A stretch of DNA of 63,315 nucleotides, counting the filler, from Intoshia linei (taxonomy: Eukaryota; Animalia; Orthonectida): the NCBI GenBank assembly GCA_001642005.1. It is 6 parts of 6 records of this genome, joined end to end, with 100 filler letters (N's around TTAATTAATTAA, not from the genome) between each part and the next. Parts side by side here need not be neighbours in the genome. Positions count along the whole stretch, not along the records: positions 51,296 to 62,068 come from LWCA01001236.1; positions 62,169 to 63,315 come from LWCA01002768.1; 4 more parts are not named here. One strand, given 5' to 3'. Position 1 is the first letter of the stretch, and each line of letters opens with the position of its first letter. Shown here in pieces: positions 53,170 to 63,315 of this stretch. The notes below the pieces were generated by a model, which made no database searches, was not told where the DNA came from, and saw only the letters and a program-made list of their open reading frames with translations. The translations under genes and the position numbers were made by a program.

Positions 53170-55644
53170 ATGTCAGAAACTTATGGTACTTGCCGCGATG
53201 TATAGTTATAATTATTAAATAGACTATTTGATAAAATTTCTAATCATTGGAAATGCTGGTTCAGGAAAATCATGCATCTTGTATAACTTGGTAGAAAATA
53301 AATGTAATTGGATAAATTTTAAATTTATATTTATTTCAGTTAAACCCATGTCATCTGAAACTATTGGAGTTGAATTTGGTTGTAAATTAATACAAGTTGA
53401 CGACAAACTAGTAAAATTACAGGTATGTAAACTTTTACATTTTTCGTGTACAAAATAACCGTTTAACAAAAATTTAGATTTGGGACACTGCCGGTAATGT
53501 CGATTAAATATTTTTTATTTATTGTAATTTAGGTCAAGAAAGATTTCGGTATTAAATTTTAATCAATATTGCATCATTATATAGAGCTGTTACCAAAAGT
53601 TATTACAGAGGCGCTGCCGGATGTCTTTTAGTTTATGATACAACATGGTTATTTTTATTTACACAAGTTATTTCATTATATTTTCAAAAATTAAATTAGA
53701 ATGAGGATTATTGTGACTCACAATATATTTTTTAATTACATTGAAGTTTGCAGCATGATAATCCCATAATACAGTACATTTATATAAATATGTACATTGT
53801 ACAATTAATTGTAAATGTGTTTCATATATTATTGTTCAAAGAATAATCATACATTTTGTGGTCACAATGTCCCTTAATAATTCAAGTATATAGACCCTAA
53901 TATGTAAATACTAATATTTTGCTCAATATGGACCATTTGGTCTGATCTTGGTTAAAACACAGTCCAATCTACTACATAAAATCAGCAATTAGAAAATGAA
54001 ATTAACTGTTGGAAATTATTGTTTAATTTTCTCATATTGTCAATTTTTCACCAAATATTAATATATCCAAATAGTCATTATACTCGTTGCTTTCACCAAC
54101 TGATTAATTTTGTTCAATGTGATATAGATATTCTCTCACATTGATTAATCTATTGAATTACATCAATATTTTTCGATTTCAATAAAAATTTTACTGTTCA
54201 ATTTCAACTTTTTATAAAATTGGAAACGTACGGATCCCACTCGATAAAATCAATTTTTGGGCCCATTTTGAGACATTATTTTAAATCATAATTTGCTAAC
54301 CTTATTAACTAAAAAATCTGGATTTAAGATTTTTTTAGGTTGGACCCGATAGTGTCGTTTACATGTCACTAACTTGTAGATTACCTTACTTGACTTTGTA
54401 GTATACTGCTCTTTATTATAAACTTTATAGAAAAGTATAAATAAATACAGGTATTCATCGATTATCACGATTTATAAAGCCAGAATTTCAACCGCGTTAA
54501 ATTAACGCAGAAATCGAGGAAAGTTTGATTTTTTATATTTATTTTATACTTTTTGTTGATACTTATCTTCAGATATATGTATATTTTTATAGCATATCAT
54601 TTCTTTTTACAAACCGTTACATACAATTGTGCTTCTTGATATATTCGGATCCATTTCGACAATTTTTCCTTTAATAGCTCAAATTGTAAAGATAATTCAT
54701 TTTGTTTTTTTTCTTCCAATTGATATCATTTTGTTCTGATAATTCGATAAGATCATCATGATTAAATTCGTTCGAATATGAATTGATTAATTTCTTAACG
54801 TTGTGGACATTGATGTTATTCAAGCCCACACGTTCTCAAAATTTAACAATTTCTTTAAATGTACCTTACACTGGGTAAATTGAGAAAAATCATTAGAAAG
54901 TGAAGGAAATAGTTGTTTGTTATTGAAAATTCCAAATTAAGAAATTAATAAAATGAAATAAATGTAAGAAAAATGTACAATTACATGTACGTATTTAAAT
55001 TTACATTATATGTTATTGAAAAAACCGAAAATTTTTTTTAAAAGCACTTTTTTATAAATATTTTAAAATTCGCGTTAAATTCATTTTTCACCACATTAAT
55101 CGGGAATACGTGTATATTTTTTTTGATAATTAAATTTATTAATGTGAAAAGGATCTAGTTTGTTAGTGATAATTATTTTTTCTTTGTAAAATTACTCAAA
55201 TTTAGTCGAGATTCGTATAAAGACTTAATGAATTGGCTTAACGACGCTTATACCCTCGCCACACCAAATTTATCCGTCACACTCTGCGGAAATAAAGCAG
55301 ACAAAGAAAATGAACGTCAAATATCCACAGAAGAAGCAAAAGAATTTGCAAAAGACCAACGTAAACAGCTAATAAAATATTTGTTGAAAAATTTAGAAAT
55401 TACGTTTATGGAGACTAGCGCAAAAAGTGGACAAAACATTGAACACATATTCTTAGAATGCACCCGAGATGTATTACAAAAAGTGGAAGCTGGTAAGAAT
55501 TATACATAAAAATACATTGAAATTAAAAACACTATAGGAGACATTGACCCATCAAGTCCAAACTGTGGTGTGGAATTTGGAAATTTGAATACAAAGAACA
55601 TAATTGACCCAAATGTTAACGAAAAAAAATGTTTATGTCGATAA
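53170..55644 (+). CDS. RAB4: Ras-related protein Rab4
   Basis: [97 protein letters not shown], CGNK and G(E/D)(L/I)DP are Rab4-type. Confidence 0.92.
54448..55112 (-). mobile_element. pogo/Tigger-like deleted element in Rab4 intron
   Basis: TA|CAGGTATTCATCGATT ... AATCGGGAATACGTG|TA. Minus-strand remnants EIVKF*ERVGL..VKKLINSYSNEFNHDDLIEL and MDPNISRSTIVC resemble the Tigger transposase C-terminus. Confidence 0.65.
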
Positions 55645-55723
55645 GTTAAAAATAAATTATATATTTTATTTATAAATAAAATTGAACCATTCTGTAAAAA
55701 CGACAACGGAAATATGGTGAAAA

Positions 55724-58135
55724 CTAAAATATTACACACCCGTTAACTCGTTTGTTCTTTAGGCGCTTTTTTCTCTTGGACGTGTGTTGTGTTGTGTCAT
55801 TTTCAGCAGGAAGAATTTTAACATTATAAAAACTATCAATGTAGTCATAATCATCTTCACTGTCATCTGAAGATGAATTGCTATTCTGGAATTTGTTGGA
55901 AAAATCATATTTACAAAACTCTAATTTAGAGAACCCATTGACGTAACGTCGCCGGTACACTTCCATGGGACTTTTGAATCTAACGTTTCGAGCTAGAGTT
56001 TTTTTTTTGTTTTCACTAAATTTTTCAAAAACACTTTGTAATGGTTTGTCGTTTTGAGAAGTACAGTCTTCCTGGGACATGCAATTGATGTTGGAATAAT
56101 TATTGAATGGTACGTCTTTGAGACAAGTTAAGGACTCACATTTTGTTACTATAAATTTTGGAGAAGAATTAATATTGAGTGAAGTTTCATAGACGTTATT
56201 ACTTTCACTGAAACAGTCGCCGTTAAATATTGGTTTGATGTCAGAATTAGAACTAATGTTTTGATCAAATAAATACTTCTTTCTTTCAGGGTTTAAATTA
56301 TTATATTCTACAATATCGGCTTGAGGGGGAGGAGAAAGTCTCGTTGGGTTGACAAAACTGCAATCGAATAAATCAATAGAGCTAGCATCAACAATTTCTC
56401 CATCTAAAGTACTATTTGATTGGTCTGAACCATTCGAATTTAAACTGCTTGAAGTGACAACATCAACATTTGAATTGGATAGTTCTGTGCTATTTAAAAT
56501 GGGCTGTAAATGTTTAGAGACATCATTAGAAATGTTAGAAAATATATCATAGTCTTCAAATTCGTCAATTTGAGGTACATTATTTTTTTTTAATCCTTTA
56601 TCAAATGTGATATTTCGTTTGAGTTGTATTTGATTGTCTTGGTTTTTTCTAAAATGATTAAGGTATTCTACGGTGGATCGGGAAGAATTGTTGGTAGATG
56701 ATGAGTTGTATCCACTATCTTTGAGAAAAAGATTACTGCATTCTGTTGAGCAAAATATATGAGAAAGTTTTGGTAAATATGGTACGTCATCCATAAGTGA
56801 CTTTTTGCAATAGTAGCAAGAAAAACATTCGTGGTTTTTATGCCAATGAACTGATAAATGTGTAATTTGCGATTCGTTTAGTTGAATGGGGGTTTGACAG
56901 GTGTCGCAAATATCATTATAAATATTCTGATAACAGGTACAACAATACGAGCGATCGTTTTTCATCACATAACGTCGGTCTCCCAATTGCACACAACATT
57001 CATGGCACGTGAAATGGTGTGGATGCCAACTAGAACCTTCTGCATCAGTGCATTCCTTGCAAAAAATGAGTTCATCGCAAGCTGCACAACGCGGTTTAAA
57101 TTTTTCTGCGTGATGCCTACCACAGTACAATTTATCTTTGTGTACAAAGTAAATGAGATCCACCAATAACTCTGTGCAGTCTTCACAGACAAAACACCTG
57201 GTATGGTACCTAAAACATTTATCTTGCTGATTAATTTCAACAACGACATCCTGTTTTGTTAAGTATTGGTGACACTAAAAAGAAATTAATAAAAATAAAC
57301 CGATTATTACTTTGTAACATGAAAAATCGTCTGAATTGTTCAAAAAACTTATGGTTCCACGGCCCAAGCAATGTGTCAATCTCATTTGACAGAAATTGTT
57401 GAAATCCTGTTGGTTAATTTTATCAAGAGATGTGCAATGTTTGAGGTCGTTATCATGTGGAGGTAATTGGCGAAGAAGCTGTTTGATACGATACTTTTCT
57501 CCAATACTATGAATATAGGGAATTTTTTCTTCTGGTAAAGAGCTCATGTATTTTTTAATCTAAATGTAATGGTTAGAAACAAAATAATACTACAAATATG
57601 AATTTGACGCAACATTGAAATTAAAGCGGCAATCAAAGAAAATTGCCACTATAAATCAATACATTTCAGGGGCCAAATTTTATTACGCTTAGAGCGTGAG
57701 ACATGGATAAATCATACTTGTGGTAATTTCAAAGATGGCGGCACCCATACATACTCTTCAAATGAACAACCACTGTCTTTGTCCATTTTTTCATTGAGAA
57801 ATAGCATTTCTTTCGATTTTACAATACTATCCACTGATGTATTTGTCGTGGATTCGTGTAATGCAATAGGACAGCCGCAATTGTCGCAGTCTTTTCTAAA
57901 ATTCAGTCAAATTAATACACTTTGTTTTTGGAATGATTGGTAACTAAAACATTCCATACAAATTTTATCGGCAAAACAAAATTTTTATGAATCAATTTTA
58001 CACTTGATAATTAAATGGCAATAAAACTTGTCTATAAATCACAAATATGTAATACCTATATTGCTCATGATTATTTTTGCAATCTTTTCTGCAGACGGCA
58101 CATGTTTTCATATTTGATTCATCCATAACTTGCAT
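55724..58135 (-). CDS. pk: Prickle (Cys-rich N-terminus, PET, 3 LIM, CaaX)
   Basis: DKDSGCSFEEYVWVPP, YMSSLPEEKIPY..GEKYRIKQLLRQLPPHDND (PET), ELLVDLIYF..YCGRHHAEKFKPRCAACDELIF..ECTDAEG..WH (LIMs), basic patch plus C-terminal CVIF. Confidence 0.92.
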
Positions 58136-60759
58136 GTTGTTTCTAAATTTACAAGTTATTTAGTTTGTGACTTAATTATTATAAGGTAATCCGCCCAAAA
58201 TCTCACATTTCACAAACTAGTCGGATCGAATACAAAAATTGCGATACATGTGTTAGTTACCGCAAAATTTTTCAAATTTCAACCAAAAACGAAATTTGAT
58301 ATAAATAGCAAGCTATTAAAAACATGTGAAATTTTGTCTAAATATATTACCATATTTTTAAAATTCAATTATATAGTTGAAACATAATAGTCTACTTTAT
58401 ATATGATGTTACCTTTATAACTATAATATAAATATAAATTACCAAATTTGATTTGTGCAATAAAATTCTCAGTCATTGTAGTGAAAAGAAATGGCGCGTT
58501 AACCATAACATTCCAAAAAGTTAATAAAGTTTTAATTAATTAATGTAATTAATTTCGCATTATTTAAAAATGTTGACATGTCTAAAATTTGCTCAATATA
58601 CCAGTTTATGTCATTTTATTTAATTTAGTTAGATATCCTCTAATCGGAAAGGAAATTGTTGGCGTTTTTCAAACAATTATGGCAGAATGATTTATAGTCA
58701 CTCATCAATTTATTCTGCATTATTCATATATTTTTAGCCATGTCAGAGGCTATTTGAAATCAAAAATTTTGGTAAATATAATTATGATTTAAAATCTATT
58801 TAAATAGATTTACTGTTATCCAAAAAAGAATTTGCACTTTTTATAATTTAAAATTTAAAAAATACATTTCAGATCCATTATGTTCTGCACCATCTCGTTT
58901 CAAGGATATTGATCTATCCGATTCAATGTAACTGATAATTAAAAACAACCCAAGAATGCATAATTTACTTGATAATTAGATCTTTACACACCACGTTAAC
59001 AGTAACACCATAAATTATTGAATTAGTGCATGAACAATAATAAAAGGGCATACAAGGGTTAAAAATCTCGATATAATAACAAGTCTTAAAACTAATAGAA
59101 AACGCAAACTTTGAAAAGTTTACTACTCGTGTTATCCAATTAGAATGTAACAATTAACTTTTAGCACATTATATATTTAAACAGATACATTTATTGATTA
59201 TATAAAGTCAATGATGATGAAATTGAACCACCAAAAAAGATTTAGTCGTCTGGTAAGTTCAATTATTCAAGTAAGATCAATGAACCTTTACTAAAAATTG
59301 ATACATCATTACAACTGATTAAGATAATAATCGCCGAAACGATTGATTCTTTTTTTGATGTGCAATTTAATAAAATGAAAACTCGAAATGCAACATGTAA
59401 AGACACTCCAAAATCTAAGACGTTGCGATACTTCAATAATGAAAATAAACTGAAACTAAAAAATGGTGCAAATAAAATAAATAAACGGTTAAAATCTTTA
59501 GATACATTGAGTAGGTAAATACTTGCATATTTAATTTTTTATTTTAATAATGCAGGTACAGATTCGTTACTCAAGTGGTTTCAATGATTTCACTCAAGGG
59601 TACGCTCATTAAAATATCTGAACAGTGTTTATGGAATTCAGACTTTGATCGGCAAGTTTTATTAAATTTTATAATTAGAAATGATACTATTATTGCAGTT
59701 TCTGTGTACTTTATATATTTTGAATAAATTTATAATTTACTTAATATATCATGCATTGAAAAGTACGTCTACTTTTTATATATGATTTACAAAATGACGA
59801 GACTCATGATAGTAAAGTCAAATTATATTTTCATTCGATCAATAGAAGTTTCATATTCCTAATATACAGTACAAAACCATATATTGCGTGATTTATTAAT
59901 GTTATGATTGATGTATTTATTTTACGAATTTGATATTTCTCTTCACATTTTTTTAACTTTTCTGTTGTTTATTTTTTTAATGAATTTTTAAATTTATTAA
60001 TTAGACAAGCAATAATAATTTATAAAAAATGAAAAGGACAGACATTTCAGATTTAATTTAACATTAACACATTTACTCAAAATTAGTAACCTTATGTAAT
60101 AAATATACTAATGAGCATATGTTATAGTTGATTATAGAGGGGTAGAATACTGTTTTCTGGGTCAAGTTGATTGATATATTTTCGATTATGTTTCTTAATT
60201 ATGAAATTAATTATAAACAACAAAGTCCAGATTCTGGACTCCATACGTGGTGAGGTGGTTAATTCGATTACCAAGTATAACTAATACAAATTTGATGCGT
60301 AATTTTATATTACAAAAACTATAAAGTAGGCCATACATAATGTATAATTAACGTTTTTTTCAGGCATTTATATTAAACTTTTCCAACATTATTTTATTGT
60401 AGAAAGTATTTCACATTAAATTACATGGTTGGTACTAATTATCAGTTTTATTTATAACATTCAATTACTTTGTAAAAACCAATAAATCGATCAATCGTGT
60501 ATAATTAATAATAGTAGATTAGATACCATATAGATAGTCGCATATACTAAAATATTACCCCTTAGTGATTTTAATCCCATATGTTCCAAAATATCGCACA
60601 AATGCGTGTTTTTCTACAAAATTTATAAGTTTAAAAGAGTGCTTCTTGTAGATATTTATATAATAGTCTTAGGACTTATTGGATTCAAATATGTGGACTG
60701 GGATAGACATTTTCTATTTCGCAACTGCATAATCCTTATTTATATCAGTTAGTTTAGTT

Positions 60760-61037
60760 CAACGGTTTTCAACATACTTCGCAGTTGGTACCCCTAAACT
60801 AAAAAAAATATAATTTGGTACCCCATAATAATTTCTATTTATTGCAACTATGATACAATTTGAATTAAATAAAATAAATAGTTAGTTAAACTCTACTTCA
60901 TCAAAAATAGATACATAAATGTATTATGAAATTTTAAAAATATTTATAATTTATGAATCAGGATGAGACGAACTGGTATTCCAAAATAATTTATGTTACC
61001 CCTAGGGGGTACCAGTACCCCCATTTGAGAACCGTTG
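60760..61037. mobile_element. hAT-like MITE with perfect TSD
   Basis: TIR CAACGGTTTTCAA / TTGAGAACCGTTG; perfect TSD gtttagtt; a related inverted end lies at ~27490-27565. Confidence 0.85.
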
Positions 61038-61199
61038 GTTTAGTTTAAAATGACTATTTATTTGTTTGTCTAATAAAAAGTTTTAAATTCATCAATTATT
61101 CAATTCATTATGATAATTCTCAATTTCAAAATCCTAAATTACTTTATTTTGTAAAAATGAAAAAAATCGTACAATTTTATACTACATAAATTGTGGGAT

Positions 61200-62068
61200 A
61201 GTTTTAAAATCATAGGCATTATCATAAATCGCAAACTCAAAAAAATTAACTTTAACGATCTTAACCCCAGATTACACTTTTTTTAAAAAATAAAAATTAT
61301 CCTAGAATTTAAAAAAAAATTGAGATGATACACTTATATTGAGTTAACACCCACAAAAAATTTAAATTTGACAAAGTGATGCCTTCATGGTCAAAAAAGC
61401 AGCTTATTACTCATTTTTTTATTTCTAAACTATTTTATTAAAACAATAAATTTAACATAATTAACGGTCCTACAATTAAAAAAAAGAGATTTAAGATAAA
61501 TTTCAACATCTTAAGGGTCAAAAATTGTCAATTTCCCAATTGTTCCTCTTTTTGAAAATCAAACGAGTTGGAGAATTTAAATTAAATATGTACGCTGATA
61601 TGGATTTTAAAATCATTAAAATTATCATAAATTTAGATTTAAAAAAATTATATCTTCACGGCCAAAACCACAAATTACCCTTCTTTTTAGAATTTCACAA
61701 AATTTACAGGTTGTACAGTTGTATCCTGTTAACACCACACAGAAAATTTCAATTCGAATAAGTGACGACTTCACGGTCAAAAAAGCATTTAATTGATATA
61801 TTTTTTTCCGAAATATTTTATTAAAACAAAAAATGTGAAATAATTAACTTCCGATTAAAAAAAGCTTATTTTGATAGAGCTTATTTCAGTTGATATAAGT
61901 ACAAAATTTCAACCTCTGAAATCTATGCATTTCCGGTGATAAATAATTTTTAATATATTATCAATCAATATTTTTTTAAATATTTCGATTAAAAATAAAA
62001 ATATTGATCCTACTATTTCAAAAAAAATGTGCATTGAACGTCTACATATTTCCAATAAAGAAATATGG
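61200..62068 (+). mobile_element. two tandem Helitron body fragments
   Basis: Reverse complement of the repeat body at 23365-23800 and 31398-31900. Confidence 0.7.
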
Positions 62069-63315
62069 NNNNNNNNNNNNNNNNNNNNNNNNNNNNNNNN
62101 NNNNNNNNNNNNTTAATTAATTAANNNNNNNNNNNNNNNNNNNNNNNNNNNNNNNNNNNNNNNNNNNNTTGATTGCGAATTAGTTTGTCTATTTTAAAAA
62201 TACACACTTTTAGTGCTAATTGTCCATCGAATTCTAAAATTTTCCAAAAAATGTGACACCCTAATGTACATTGTCTATGCCATGGATTTTTAACCTGGGA
62301 TACCGGAAAATTTTGAATAAAAATCATTTTACAGCTATATTTTTTAAACTTGAATCAAGTTTCGAAAATAATGTTAATAGTTAAGAAACCATGACCTAGG
62401 TTGAATTTTCAAATAAATGTCAAATAAATCTACAAATAAATGAACTAAATTAAACTATCATCATAATATTTTTTTAATTGAATCAAAATTTGAAAAAACG
62501 ATTAAGTTAACAATTTAAAAATATGCTAATTATGAAAAAGTGATTTATGTTATGATAATGTCTATAAGTAAAGGAAGTTACATTAAAAAATTGAAAATAA
62601 ACATTACAAATAGTTTTCAATATTATAAAATGCTTTTTGGGTAAAATGATACATTAAAATACTTTACTGTTTGTTTATTATTTATATCTAAAATTACCTT
62701 GATTGAATTGTTAAACTGCAATTCGTGGGTTGAATTTCCACTAATATCTTTCATTTTTAAAAACGTTGTAATTGGAAAATGCGTTGACATCGTAAAACCG
62801 ATTAATGATTTTTGATTTCAAAAATTATTCTATCTTGAAAATTTGTTTTGTCTGTCTAAAATTTAAAAAAAATTGATATGATTTATAAAGCCTAAATAAA
62901 ATAATTTGTACTATTTATAGACTTATTCATAAAATCGATTTTTAATTTAGTGTACCATACTAAAATAAATTTTTTATTGTCAAAAACATTTTATGGCTAA
63001 ATATTACGTAATGTAGTACTTTGTACAAAGTGGCCACCTTTTTCTTTGTAGCGGGCCTCACTATAAAAATTTTTACGTTCACTTGGTTTCTCCATTGATA
63101 ATGAAATACATAACACAAACATAGATTATTAACTAAATCCTTACTTATATAATATGTTAATTAATATGTTTATTTATTACCCACGTTTAACCATACATTT
63201 CAATTTTTAAAATTTGATTCTAGCTCAATTTTTGTGGGTTTTATCCACGTTCAAATTTCGGTCATTTGAAAACGTCTATAAACATTATTGCATAAATAAC
63301 TGAAATTTGAACGTC

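Noticed and set aside
56349-57249. ORFs overlapping prickle
   Set aside because: Alternative or antisense frames of prickle exons.
58873-59640. Exon-like plus-strand segments upstream of prickle
   Set aside because: All frames are interrupted by stops; no recognisable product.
62121-62327. ORF running into Ns
   Set aside because: Ends in the artificial spacer; repeat-derived (similar to 45770-45860).

Overview
Very AT-rich eukaryotic (metazoan, protostome-like) DNA with many tiny (~30-45 nt) GT-AG introns. It is not prokaryotic, so the ORF track shows only exon fragments. The window is six sequence pieces joined by five identical 100-bp spacers (N44-TTAATTAATTAA-N44), so adjacency across spacers is unproven. 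Genes recognised by manual splicing: DDX52/ROK1 (5' half), PRADC1, a divergent FOXRED1 3' part, ACADSB, hunchback, an MSH2-like 3' fragment, a UBR3-like E3 ligase C-terminal part, an uninflatable-like CTL-LDLa-CUB-Sushi-EGF gene, Rab4 and prickle. Two unusual genes stand out: a transmembrane protein with a Notch-ligand-type N-terminal (MNNL/C2) domain but no DSL or EGF domains, and a possible LOTUS-domain plus acidic disordered protein. Hunchback has a degenerate fourth middle finger and reduced C-terminal fingers. Intergenic and intronic DNA is dominated by a non-autonomous Helitron family (one apparently full-length copy) plus hAT, Tc1, pogo/Tigger and piggyBac-like elements. All family assignments come from remembered motifs; no search was run. 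Intron size, AT content and hunchback suggest a compact-genome protostome such as an orthonectid-like parasite (inference only).
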